The notes below the pieces were generated by a model. It was given only the letters and a program-made list of their open reading frames with translations. It had not been told where the DNA came from and made no database searches. Positions 1 through 12,000 of a DNA stretch of 64,000 bases are shown piece by piece (positions within the stretch are counted from its first letter, which is position 1; each line of letters begins with the position of its first letter). The stretch is from assembly GCA_000092065.1 (NCBI GenBank), contig CP000594.1; one strand, given 5' to 3'. The position numbers and the translations under genes were made by a program. The DNA is from Ostreococcus lucimarinus (Eukaryota).

Positions 1-1
1 G

Positions 2-400
2 TTGGCGCTGAGAAATCCAAACGCGTACGCGAGCGCGAGCGCGTTCGCTCCGATTGCTAATCCGACGGCGTCGGATTGCCCGTGGGGACAAAAGGCGCTC
101 AAGGCCTACCTTGGGAGCGCGGATTGCGATGAGGCGAAATCGCACGACGCGACGGAGCTCGTGAAGAGCGTCGAGGCGGGCACGTTTAAGATGCCGATTT
201 TAATTGATCAAGGCGCGGCGGACTCCTTTTATAAGACGCAGTTGCACCCTGAGCGTTTCGTGGACGCGGCGAAAGAGCGTGGATGTGATGTCACGTATCG
301 TCTGCACGATGGTTACGATCATAGCTACTTTTTTGTTTCCACGTTCATGCGCGAGCACATCGAGTTCCACGCCGCGGCGCTGGGAAGTCTTAAAATTTAA
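2..400 (+). CDS. S-formylglutathione hydrolase / esterase D, C-terminal fragment (gene begins upstream of the window)
   Basis: ORF track 2..400. Motifs ILIDQGxxDxFY and LHDGYDHSYFF...HIEFHA are typical of esterase D / SFGH. TAA stop at 398-400. The TTG start in the track is an artefact. Confidence 0.8.
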   Translation: MALRNPNAYASASAFAPIANPTASDCPWGQKALKAYLGSADCDEAKSHDATELVKSVEAGTFKMPILIDQGAADSFYKTQLHPERFVDAAKERGCDVTYRLHDGYDHSYFFVSTFMREHIEFHAAALGSLKI

Positions 401-454
401 TGACATTGATAATCGGTTGTGAAAGTAATTATACGGTTGAGAAGGACCGCTTGA

Positions 455-1730
<1,276 letters not shown>

Positions 1731-2191
1731 TCAGTGGCGACGCGCGAACGCGAAGGGGACGTTTTTCGCGACGACGATTCGACGACGACGGCGCGGGAAA
1801 CGACGAGGCGTCGCGACGGACGGCGCGCGGAGTTACAAGCGAGCGTCCGCTACGGCTTGGCGCTCGCGAGGGGGGCGACGTACTGCGTGGACTGCTGAAA
1901 CGCCTCGATCTCGCGGTGAATCGCGTCGACGGCGTCGGGCTGGACGAGGACGCGACGCGCGTCGAGGTCGACGACGACGAACTTGCGCTCCGCGGGCGCG
2001 ACGTCGTTGAGGTGGAGGATGTACTGCTTGATGGGGACGTCGGCGGTGATCATGACGCCGTGGACGGCGGAGACCATGGCGCGCGCGAGGCGCGGTCTGC
2101 GGGTCGCGGCGACGACGCGCGCGGCGAAGGGAGAAATGGGCTAAAACGAGGGCTAAAACGAAGACCGATGGCGAGGTCGGTGATGGCTAAA

Positions 2192-3148
2192 TCATGGCGC
2201 GCCGTAGAGCCGCGCCCACGGTGGACGCGGGGCGTGGACGTCGACGCGGAGGTTGGATTTGGGGTGGCGAAACGCGACGCGCTCGGCGTGGAGCAACGCG
2301 CCGGCGACGCGACGCGCGGAGAAAGGCGCGTCGATCGGTCCGTCGCGAGTCGCGGCGATCGGTCCGCCGTATCTCACGTCGCCGACGAGCGGAAGTCCGA
2401 GCGACGCGCAGTGAAGTCTGATCTGGTGCGTGCGACCGGTGAGCGGGGAGCAACGCGCCAACGCGACGCGGTGTCGTCGGCGGTCGGCGTCGTCGGCGGT
2501 CGGCGGTTCGCAAAATCGCAGCGCCACGCCGTCGGTGATCACGCGCTCGACGATGATCGTGGTTTCGGCGTGCTTGACCTTGACCTTTTTGTTCCCGGGA
2601 AGCGCGCGGCCGATGTCCGCGGCGTCGTAGAGACGGAAGAGGCCGTATTTCGCGCGGCCCCAACCCGTGAATACTCTGCGATGATCTTCAACGCCGTCGT
2701 AATCCGCCGTCGCCGCGCACAGCGCGACGTACGTCTTCTGCACCGTGCCGTCGGCGAATTGCGCCGACAAGCTGCGAATGGCGTCTCGATTTCGCGCGAC
2801 GACGAGACATCCGGAGGTGTCGCGGTCGAGTCTGTGAACGACGCGCGCCGACTCCGAGGCGTTGAACGGCACGTCCCGCGTCGTCGCGCGGTTATCGACC
2901 GTGGTCGCATCATCGCATTTCACCATGCCTCGCTCGACGAGGCGTTCTATATCGTGCACGTACGTCTGCGCAGGCTTGTTCAGGACGTAGACGTCGTCGT
3001 CGACGTACACCGCGAGCAACGGGACGCCGGCGGCTGCGTCCGCTCTCGCCGCGCGTTCGCACGACTCCGCGCGCTCGCCCTCGATCGCGCGCGCTGCATC
3101 ACTCGGCGGCCCAGGACGGAGCGTCGGTTTGGGATATTCGGTCGACAT
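2192..3148 (-). CDS. RluA-family pseudouridine synthase
   Basis: Motifs HRLDRDTSGCLVVA, KTYVALC and PLTGRTHQIRLHCASLGLPLVGDVRYGG. The track start at 3235 is GTG; the first ATG (MSTEYPKPTL) is at ~3146-3148. Confidence 0.8.
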   Translation of the reverse strand: MSTEYPKPTLRPGPPSDAARAIEGERAESCERAARADAAAGVPLLAVYVDDDVYVLNKPAQTYVHDIERLVERGMVKCDDATTVDNRATTRDVPFNASESARVVHRLDRDTSGCLVVARNRDAIRSLSAQFADGTVQKTYVALCAATADYDGVEDHRRVFTGWGRAKYGLFRLYDAADIGRALPGNKKVKVKHAETTIIVERVITDGVALRFCEPPTADDADRRRHRVALARCSPLTGRTHQIRLHCASLGLPLVGDVRYGGPIAATRDGPIDAPFSARRVAGALLHAERVAFRHPKSNLRVDVHAPRPPWARLYGAP

Positions 3149-3245
3149 CTCGCCGCGAGGCGATAAATGATGAGACGCAGGGCGAAACCTCGAGCGTCCA
3201 GCGTCGCAAACTTTTGCGACGCGAATGACGCTCACCCCATTTTAC

Positions 3246-4223
3246 CTACGGTACAGCACAGTGACGACCGCCGATATACGCATACGTCGGTCTTTCATAA
3301 CGTGGAATCCGCGTCGCACTCTTGAGGTAGCGATCGATCGGCGGTTCGCGAGCGACGGCGGTTAAGAATTCACCACACCGCGGCAAATTCAGACGCGTCG
3401 CGAAATCGGGCACTAAATCCTCCTCCGCGAGCTCGAACAGCGTTTCGAATAAAGCTAAATCGACATACGTCAACGACTCGCCGACGAGCCGCGAATTTCC
3501 GTTACGCTCTAGGATTTCCTCGAACACGCGCAGCGCCTGCCGCGAACGCGCCGGCACCGATAAATTATTCACGCGATGCGTCTCTTGAAACCTCGCGCAC
3601 TCAGCGTCTTCGCGTCTTTCAATGCTCTCTTTCAATGCCCTCGCGCTGTACAGCTGTCCATCGTGCGTCAATCCGCCGTTGCGAATAGTGTGCCAATATT
3701 GCATAAAGAGTTCGTCGACGCGCGCGCGCTCATACTCGTTCGCGCCGTCCAAACTCAACTCTCGCCCCAGGTATCTGATTATCGCCGTTTCGTGGGAAAC
3801 GTCGTTCGCACACCCATCGATGTCTACCAAACTCGGCGTCTTCCCGAACGGCGTCTTCGGTTTCACTTTCGGCCACGCGAGGTAGCCGACGACTTCGACC
3901 GCGTGCGGCGCTCGCGCGAGTTCGAGCATCATCCGAATTACCTCGGCGCGATTCCGCATCGGCATGTACTGCAGCCAATATTTCGCAGCCTTCGCGCCGT
4001 CGCCGTCGCAGTGGCGGTACATCACCGCGTGGACGTCCGTGCTCCATAAATCTTTCGACGCGAAGAGTTGCTTTTTCAACGCCTCGGGCGTGATTTCCGC
4101 GAGCGTTTCGTCGCGTTTCGCGCGCGCGGCGACGCGTCGCGCGCGCGCGCGCGTCACAGTCGCGCGCGGTCTCGTCGCGCGCCGCGCCGCGCGCGGCGTC
4201 GGCGCGGGTCGCGCCGCGAGCAT
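3246..4223 (-). CDS. Glutathione S-transferase-like protein with Arg-rich N-terminal presequence (possible organellar targeting)
   Basis: GST N-domain motif KTPFGKTPSLVDIDG..SHETAIIRYL and C-domain LVGESLTYVDLALFETL. ATG at 4221-4223. Confidence 0.7.
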   Translation of the reverse strand: MLAARPAPTPRAARRATRPRATVTRARARRVAARAKRDETLAEITPEALKKQLFASKDLWSTDVHAVMYRHCDGDGAKAAKYWLQYMPMRNRAEVIRMMLELARAPHAVEVVGYLAWPKVKPKTPFGKTPSLVDIDGCANDVSHETAIIRYLGRELSLDGANEYERARVDELFMQYWHTIRNGGLTHDGQLYSARALKESIERREDAECARFQETHRVNNLSVPARSRQALRVFEEILERNGNSRLVGESLTYVDLALFETLFELAEEDLVPDFATRLNLPRCGEFLTAVAREPPIDRYLKSATRIPRYERPTYAYIGGRHCAVP

Positions 4224-4281
4224 CGTTTTAAAGATGATTTCAGGAGAAACAGGATGATAAAGTGATATTACAGCGCGCGCG

Positions 4282-5991
4282 CTACGAGGACGCGAGACGC
4301 TTGGGAGAGACGTCGACCGCCACGGCGTCGACGAACGCCACGCGATCGTCGTCGATGACCTCTAAGTCGGGTGCGAGTAACTGCACGTAACGGTCAAAGT
4401 AAATCAGTTGTTTGATCAAGATGCCGAACGCTTTGGGGAGTTTGATTTTGTTCTCCTCGGCGGCGACGATCAAGTCGGAGGCCAACTGCGTCACTTGCTG
4501 TTGGTCGACGGTCACGGCGGCGCGAGGGGTGCCGTCGAAGGTGTCTTCATCGACAAGAACAGTCGGTTCGATGGAATCTAAGGTTTCGTAGACTTTGCGT
4601 AAATCATTAGCGAATTTCTTGACGTCGACTTCGCCGTCGGTGGCCCCCATCGTCACCAGCGCGAGCGCCATGCGCTCGTAATCGCGCGCGGCGGTGGATT
4701 GGAAAAAAGCTTGCACCGCGCCCCAAATTGACGGGGAAATTTTGCCGACGATGCCGAAGTCGATGAAACCAACGCGCCCGTCCGGACAAACGATCAGATT
4801 ACCCGCGTGCACGTCGGCGTGAAAACTCTCGCACGCCAGCACGCTGCCAAACCAAACGTTGAGCGCGTTGATGAGCGTCGCCTCGGGATCGCGCGTGCTC
4901 ACCGAACGAATCGCCTCCAAGTCCGTGAGCGGGACGCCAGAGAAGTACTCCATCACCATCACTCGTTTACCACTAAATTGTTTGTACACTTGCGGCGCCT
5001 TGGCGATGTTCGTCAGTTCCGCGTCTTCAAGGTATCGTCGAAAAGCGTCGACGTTTTGCGCCTCCTTTCTAAAATCCGTCTCCTCCAACATCGACTCTCG
5101 AATGTCTCCGACGATGTCCACCAACGATGTTCGCGAGAGTTCAGGATTCAAAAACTGTAACACCTTGCTCACGATTAACACAAAGCTCAAATCCGCCTTG
5201 AGCGTGTCCTCGACGTTCGGTTTCAGCACCTTGACGACGACGTCTCGCCCGCTTCCGAGCAGCGTCGCTCGATGCACCTGCGCCACGCTCGCGCTCGCCA
5301 AAGGCACCGGATCGATCGTCGCGAACACATCATCTATAGAACGTCCCAAGTCTTTCTCGATCGTCCGCTTAATGATGGAAAAATCCGTCACCTCGGTCGC
5401 GTCCAGGCACTTTTGAAACTCCTCCACGTACTCCTTCGGAAACACGCTCGGCGCGCTCGCGATGAACTGTCCCAATTTCACGTACGTCGCCCCCAGCGCC
5501 TCAAACGTCCGTCGCACGATCACCGGCGCCGTCGGCGGGTTCTCCATCGACAACTCCCCGAAAGATCTCACCGCCAGCGCCGCGAGCGACTCCACCGCGT
5601 TCAGCGTCCTCGCCACGCCCGGCGTCCCCGCGCCCGCCGCGATGCCCGCGATTTCGCTCATCAGCACCCTCGCCTCATCCGCCCTTCGCAACGCCTCCCG
5701 CGCGTCGAACGTCGCGCTCGCGCTCGCGAACGGGTTCGCCTCGAACGCGTTCCCGTCGTCGCGCGCGCCGGTCTCCCCCGGGATCGACCGCGAGCGCGCG
5801 CGGCGCGTCACGATGCGTTTCGACGTCATCGCGTTCGCGCGCGTTTTCGACGTCATCGCGTTCGCGCCTCGTCGCCGCGCATCGCGCGACGCCGACGCGT
5901 CCGCAACGCGCGCGATGTGCGCGCGCATGCTCGCGCGCGGGTTCGATCGTCGCACGCGCCGCGCGTCGCCGAGTGCGGCGCGCGTCTTCAT
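4282..5991 (-). CDS. ABC1/ADCK (UbiB-family) atypical kinase
   Basis: ASVAQVHRATL, VVVKVLKPNV and FHADVHAGNLIVCPDGRVGFIDFGIVG match ABC1-domain signatures. ATG at 5989-5991. Confidence 0.85.
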   Translation of the reverse strand: MKTRAALGDARRVRRSNPRASMRAHIARVADASASRDARRRGANAMTSKTRANAMTSKRIVTRRARSRSIPGETGARDDGNAFEANPFASASATFDAREALRRADEARVLMSEIAGIAAGAGTPGVARTLNAVESLAALAVRSFGELSMENPPTAPVIVRRTFEALGATYVKLGQFIASAPSVFPKEYVEEFQKCLDATEVTDFSIIKRTIEKDLGRSIDDVFATIDPVPLASASVAQVHRATLLGSGRDVVVKVLKPNVEDTLKADLSFVLIVSKVLQFLNPELSRTSLVDIVGDIRESMLEETDFRKEAQNVDAFRRYLEDAELTNIAKAPQVYKQFSGKRVMVMEYFSGVPLTDLEAIRSVSTRDPEATLINALNVWFGSVLACESFHADVHAGNLIVCPDGRVGFIDFGIVGKISPSIWGAVQAFFQSTAARDYERMALALVTMGATDGEVDVKKFANDLRKVYETLDSIEPTVLVDEDTFDGTPRAAVTVDQQQVTQLASDLIVAAEENKIKLPKAFGILIKQLIYFDRYVQLLAPDLEVIDDDRVAFVDAVAVDVSPKRLASS

Positions 5992-6062
5992 CGCGTCAAA
6001 ACGCAGCGCGACGAGCGACCTCGTCGCACGCGCGCGCGCACGCCGCGTCGGAAGCGACTCGA

Positions 6063-6299
6063 ATGGCGTGGACGAACTTCATCATCACCGCCACGGGCCT
6101 GATCGCCGTCGCGTCGCTGATGCGCACGGACGTGCGACAATCGTCACGAATGTTGAGACAGAATTTAAAAACCATTCGACGCTGGGTCGAGGACGGCGCC
6201 GAGGCGACGGCGAAGACGAGCGAAAAAACCCTCGGGGACACCGCGGTCGGGAAAGCGATGAAAGAGATGCGCGACGAGGCGATGAAGAAGAAGGATTGA
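6063..6299 (+). CDS. Small (78 aa) single-pass membrane protein candidate, divergent from the ABC1 kinase gene
   Basis: ATG-initiated ORF MAWTNFIITATGLIAVASLMR... with one N-terminal hydrophobic helix and a charged tail. No family recognised; could be non-coding. Confidence 0.25.
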   Translation: MAWTNFIITATGLIAVASLMRTDVRQSSRMLRQNLKTIRRWVEDGAEATAKTSEKTLGDTAVGKAMKEMRDEAMKKKD

Positions 6300-6453
6300 G
6301 GACGAGGTTGAAAGGCTTTTTGAGATTGGCGCAGACGCGGCGAGGTCGACGTCGAACGAGGGAGAGGTTTGCGTCGATCGATACGCTAGGCGGAAGTGCG
6401 GTCGAACTGCGTTCGGTTGGAGGGCGACGCGCGGAGGGGCGATCGAGGACGAG

Positions 6454-7668
6454 ATGAGTTCGCCGTTCGGGGCGAGGATCGAGACGCCGGCGTTGAGCGG
6501 GAAGTCGGCCAAAGCGATGCGGAACGCGAGCGCGGCGTGGGGTTGGACGTGTGTGCTCGTGTTGATGTACGAGGCGCTGGTGCGAGGGATCGATGAACGG
6601 CGCGTGCACATGCTGAACGTGTATTATCAAGCGCCGACGGTGGCGACGCTGGCGTGTTTGATGTGGGCGCACAACTTGCGAGTGTGGCACCGGTTGCGAT
6701 TGACGCCTTCACCGTTGATTTGTTTTGGGGTTGAGCAAAACGAGTCGGTGACGTTTGAGCACGTGTATCGATTGGCGCACGCGAGCGCGTTAGCTCTCTT
6801 GACCTCGGCGGTTTTGTTTCTATACGCGTACGACGTGGACGAACCGTTCGCCGCGACGACGATTTTGTTGGCGACGTATTTCGTTCCAATACTCGTCGCC
6901 ATGTGGCCAAATAGAACGAAAGGGCTTGGAGAATTACGGTCGTATACGCGACGGTTGCTTTATAACTGCTTCACTCCCTTGGTGCGGCCGGTCGGGTTCG
7001 CTGATTTCTTCTTCGCCGACATCTTGTGTTCGTTGGCGAAATCTTTGAGCGATTTAGAACGCGTTGTTTGCAGCGTGCGACACCGCGTGATGCTCATACA
7101 CACCGCCGCGGGTAAGTGCGGTGATAGAAGTATCATGATTCCCGTCGTGCTCATCATACCGTCCGCGATTCGACTGCTGCAGTGTCTGAGGCAGTTTGCC
7201 GACACGCGCGAGCCAAAGTGTCTGTACAACGCATTCAAGTACACGAGCGCGTTCCCGGTCATCATCATCTCCGGATTCCGGCACTTCATCGATCACGACG
7301 ATTGGGTCTTCTTTTGGCGTCCGCTTTGGATCGGGTTTTGCGTGTTCAACACGTGTTTTAGCTTTTACTGGGACATCAAGCACGACTGGGGGCTGTCGTT
7401 GCTCGGCGGCGGCGCGCCTCGGCGACCCGGCGAGAAATTTCCGTTTGGATTGCGCGAGCGTCGCATTTACGGCGCACCCAAGGTGTATTATCGGGCAATT
7501 TGGTTGAATTTCTTCTTGCGGATAAGTTGGACCTACAAGCTCGCGTCGCACTTGCGACATCATAGCGCCGTGCTCTGGCTCGTTACCGCCGCTGAAATCA
7601 CGCGACGATTTCAATGGTCGTTGTTCCGCGTCGAGGTGGAATATTTGAGACGATTGCAGCACGCGTAA
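6454..7668 (+). CDS. EXS-domain (ERD1/XPR1/SYG1 C-terminal) family membrane protein
   Basis: FFFADILCS, YWDIKHDWGL and RFQWSLFRVEVEY match EXS domain motifs. Multiple TM helices. Confidence 0.8.
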   Translation: MSSPFGARIETPALSGKSAKAMRNASAAWGWTCVLVLMYEALVRGIDERRVHMLNVYYQAPTVATLACLMWAHNLRVWHRLRLTPSPLICFGVEQNESVTFEHVYRLAHASALALLTSAVLFLYAYDVDEPFAATTILLATYFVPILVAMWPNRTKGLGELRSYTRRLLYNCFTPLVRPVGFADFFFADILCSLAKSLSDLERVVCSVRHRVMLIHTAAGKCGDRSIMIPVVLIIPSAIRLLQCLRQFADTREPKCLYNAFKYTSAFPVIIISGFRHFIDHDDWVFFWRPLWIGFCVFNTCFSFYWDIKHDWGLSLLGGGAPRRPGEKFPFGLRERRIYGAPKVYYRAIWLNFFLRISWTYKLASHLRHHSAVLWLVTAAEITRRFQWSLFRVEVEYLRRLQHA

Positions 7669-7737
7669 ATAGCATTCTAGTACCGATATAGGTTATTATC
7701 ACAACATCACGACTCTCTATCGATCCGTAAACACCCG

Positions 7738-8328
7738 CTATTTCGCGTGCGCGGTGAGCCATTTCAGGCACACGTCGATGTTTGTGGAATTCTTGCAACT
7801 CACGTTGTAGCAGCACACCTCCCTCCCGGTCGCGCGTTTCAGCTCCATCGCCTCCACCACGTCCTGCACGCGCACCGCGCTCTCTAAATCGCTCTTATTC
7901 CCGAGCACCAACAACGGAATCTCCCGCAGCGTCTCCCTCTTGAGCAACCCGTGCAGCTCGTTCCTCGCCGTCTCAAACAATTCCTTCGCCGCCGCATCCA
8001 CGACGTACACCACGCAATCCACGCCTCGACAGTACCGTTCCCACGTTCCCCGAAACCGTTCCTGTCCACCGAGATCCCACGTCTTCACGCTCACCCCATC
8101 CCTACGCAGTCTCCGCACGTTGAATCCCACCGTCGGAATCATATCCTCCTCAAACGTCCCGCCGCTCAGCGCGTCGATGAACGACGTCTTCCCGGCGTTC
8201 TGCAGCCCTGCGCGCGCGCGTTCGCGAAACGTCTTCGTCAGTCCCCGCGCGCGCGTCCCCGCGCCGTCCTCGCGCGCGATCGAATTCGTTTCGTCGCGAT
8301 TCAAATCAAAGTCCGACGCAACCGCCAT
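7738..8328 (-). CDS. ARL8: ARF-like small GTPase ARL8
   Basis: GLQNAGKTS, DMIPTVGFNVRRL, WDLGGQERFRGTWERYCRGV, LVLGNKSDL and CCYNVSCKNSTNIDVCLKWL align closely to ARL8. The N-terminal ~40 residues (MAVASDFDLN...) diverge from the family, so the start may be wrong or an intron may be unresolved. Confidence 0.85.
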   Translation of the reverse strand: MAVASDFDLNRDETNSIAREDGAGTRARGLTKTFRERARAGLQNAGKTSFIDALSGGTFEEDMIPTVGFNVRRLRRDGVSVKTWDLGGQERFRGTWERYCRGVDCVVYVVDAAAKELFETARNELHGLLKRETLREIPLLVLGNKSDLESAVRVQDVVEAMELKRATGREVCCYNVSCKNSTNIDVCLKWLTAHAK

Positions 8329-9075
8329 CTTAAATCGCTCTCGCGCGCGCCGCGTCTCGCGCGCCGCGTCTCGCGCGTCGCCTCGCGTCGTCGTCGGCGT
8401 CGCTCGACGCACCGATCACGACGATCTCCATCTCGCGTCCGAAGAACAGCGCGCGCAACCACGCGACGAAGGCGTCCCAGTACGAGCGCGCGTCGTCGCC
8501 CATCGCGCGTCGAGGTGTGAGGGGGACGACCGCGCGGCATCGCGAGACATTACGCGCCGCGCCGACGCGCGTGCATGGATCCCGCGAGACCGTTTTCGAC
8601 GTGCGTGAGAGAAACTCGCGCGACGCGCGCGATGCGACGTCGCGCGCGACGCGGCGGCGCGGGCGCGCGACGCGGCGGCGCGATGGATGACGATCGATTT
8701 GAGATTTCGCGAGCTGTCGAGTGATTAAAAATAAAACGACGACGCGAAGACGCGGACGCGCGACTGACGAGGGCGAGGGCGAGGCGAACAGGACGGTGGT
8801 CGTGCCGCTCGAGGACGAGAGACGCGCGAGGGCCGTGGGAGGGGCGCTCGGGGTGGATAAGGAGTTGCAACCGAGGGTGGTGCGAAAGACGGTGACGACG
8901 CGCGAGAGGGAGAACGGGGACGGTTGGGAGGTCGTCGCGACGTTCGAGGCGAGCGAGTTGAAGGCGCTGAGGAGTGCGGTGAGTGGGTATTACGATTTGT
9001 TGACGGTGAGCGTGCGGACGGTGGAGGCGTTCGAGGAGGAGATTTGAATCGGCGGTACGGGCGAGAACGGGCGAG

Positions 9076-12000
9076 ATGCCGACGCGCGAGTATCAGATGA
9101 GCGATTATCACACGTACGAGGCGATCGGGAAAGGGAAGCACAGTACGGTGTATAAGGGGCGACGGAAGAAGTCGATTCAGTACTTTGCGATGAAGAGCGT
9201 GGAGAAAGGACAGAGAAATCGAGTGATGCACGAGGTGCAAGTGATGAAGGCGTTTTCCCACGAAAACGTGTTGAAATTCATCGCGTGTTACGAGACGCAA
9301 AATCATCTGTGGTTGATTCTGGAATACTGCGTCGGAGGTGATTTGTTGACGCTGCTGTCGCAAGATCTCAAGCTTCCCGAACCTTCCATCATGACGTTCG
9401 CGCGCGATATGTTCGTCGCCGCGCGAGAGTTGCACAGTAAAGGACTGGTGCACTGCGATTTAAAGCCAAGTAACATGTTGCTCGACGAAGAAGGGCGGAT
9501 TAAGATTTGCGGATTCGGACTCAGTCGCAAGGTTTCCACTGTCGTGGCGTCTTCGGGTACGCCCACGCAGCTGTCGCGTCGAGGGACACCGTGTTATATG
9601 GCTCCGGAGATGTTTACACAAGAGGGCGTGCACTCGTACGCGACGGACTTGTGGGCGTTGGGGTGCGTGCTGTATGAGTGCGCCACCGGACGACCCCCGT
9701 TCACGAGTACGTCGTTGACATCATTGATCGAACAGATTTTAGAGCACGAGCCCGCACCGTTGCCCGCGGCGTATGGTACGACGTTTAAGAATTTGGTCTC
9801 TGGGTTGCTCATCAAGCGCCCGCACGCTCGTTTGACGTGGGACCAAGTCATTAACCATGAATTTTGGACCGAGCGCGGAGGGCAATACTTGGACGATCTT
9901 GGTGACTTAGTGACGCTTAGACTCCCACCGCAGCCTTCATTCGACGCGCTCGCGGCTAAACTGAAGAGCGAGGATTTGGCGGCGAGACTGCGAATGCTTG
10001 GAAACGCAAGAGCGTCGGGGGCGGTGGACGTGCGCGATTCTTTCATGCCCGTCTTGACGCAAAGTTTACGAGATAGCGTAAACGTCTCGCGACTGTCGAG
10101 GATTGCGCGTTCAAATTTGGAGCGAGAAGAAGTCGGTTCGTACGCGCCTAGCGGTGCTGCAGCTATCGAAGGCGACCCCTTGCAAGTCGCTGCCATTCAC
10201 GAAGACGTGGAGTTGGAGAATCCAGACGCTGAGCTCAACTTCACCGCTCCGAGCGGGAACGACGATTTGGACGTGGACATGGAAACCGAAGACGTTATCA
10301 TACCTTCAGCTCCCAAAACGCCTCCTAGGGGAGGTCGTCGTGGTGACGATGATTACGCAGATGAAAACAGAGCAGAGAACTTTGCCGATCCCGCTGAGTC
10401 GTTTGGTGACGAGATGCAGTCGGACAGCGATGACGCAACTCGCATCGTGCTCACACCTCCGACCGCGGACGCTATGTTAGTAGACACGCGTTCGCCGGCT
10501 TCGACGAGTCGCTCGTTACAGACGGCAGATGATGAGTTCGAAGAAACGTCGTCTTCGATGCGTCGCTTGGCGCCGCTTCCGGCGGAGACGCCGGCGGTGA
10601 TCGGGAGGACAGAAAGTAGGATGCCTTCGCTGGCGGCAAGGAATGATGTGCTGGCAAAAAGTGTCGATTACGACAAGTTCAAGAAGCTGTGCACGCATTC
10701 GACCGATTTGACCGTGCGACCCATCGTGTCCAATCACAGAATTGAAGTGGTGAAAGACGCGCCTCACGATCCAGAAAAGTTGCCCTTCAAAGAATTGAGC
10801 GTGGACAAAATGTTGGCGACTTCTCAGAGCGAGCTCGAAGCGTTTCTGACTCGTATTTACCGCTCCGTGGCGCACCCTTCAAACGTTCAAGAAAAAGTTA
10901 ACACTTTGGCTTATTTCGAGACGTTGTGCACCGAGGCGTCGAGCGCGAACGTCTTGGCGAATTCATCCTTGATGTCAATGTTCGTCCGAGTGCTCGGTAG
11001 CAGCAAATCTCCACCGTTGAAGATCAAGCTTTGCAGCATCATGGGCTTGTTGATGCGACATGCGACGCATATTAGCGATGAGTTCGCGAAGAGTGAGGCT
11101 GCAAAAGTACTGGCGGGCACTATGAGCGACGAAAACTCTCGCGTGAGACGCCGAGCTATGGCGGCGCTCGGGGAACTGTCGTTTTACGTCGCGACGCAGC
11201 AGAGGCCAGACGCATCACAAGTATGGGGTATCACCGACAGTGTGATTGAGGTCTTCATCAAGACGTTAGAAGAGGAAGAAGATGAAATTACTAAGCACTA
11301 CGCGTGCAAGAGCATCGAGAACATAGTCTCTCACGAGGGCTCAACGTGGATACAAGACGCATTCGCGGAGTGTCGCGTCGTAAGTGTTTTGTTTTCAATC
11401 GCGACGAATGACGCCGTAGACGACCAGCTTCGTGGTACTTCGGCAAGTGCGCTCGCAAGAATCGTTCGGCTCAAGTCGGAAACGCTTCACCCACTGGTCG
11501 GCGAAGAGGATTGCGATGGTTCAAATGCACGCGATGGCCTGGTGAAAATGCTTAGAGATCGTGAGAGAAAAGTACAACAGGCGGCACTCAACGTGTTGTG
11601 TAGAGCGCTGGTGGATGAAAAGTCGCGCTTGATTGCCACTATCATGGAAGTTCAAACGCTTTTGCCCATTCTTGCTGGATTGTACGAGCGAAGTCAAACG
11701 CCCATCATCAAAGCCAAGTCGTTGCTCGCGATGGCGCTTTTGATTCGCGCGCATCCAAAATGGTTGCAATCGCTTTGCAAGGCGCGCGTTTTGCCGATGT
11801 TGGATCGTCAACCGACGCAAATGGACCCTTATTTACAAGAATGTTTCGATACGTTCGTCACCACCGTTGTGGCCCTCGTGCCGGTCGTGAACACTGGTAT
11901 CTTGCAGTACGTCGAGCGATCGCTCTCCACGGGATTGTCATCGGAAAACGCCATGCGACCGCAAGCGTTTGAGTTATTTCCTGTGCTCATTCATTTGCTG

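Noticed and set aside
1916-3166. Long plus-strand ORF (416 aa) antisense to the RluA gene, and similar long Arg/Ala/Pro-rich ORFs (e.g. 5272..6102 +, 5462..6457 +, 20739..22658 -, 24991..26169 +, 25653..26726 -, 14465..15682 +, 49522..50588 +, 50436..51488 -)
   Set aside because: In >65% GC DNA, stop codons are rare in every frame. These ORFs have extreme R/A/G/P composition and no domain signatures, and they overlap genes with clear homology on the other strand or frame. The track also treats GTG/TTG as starts, which inflates them.
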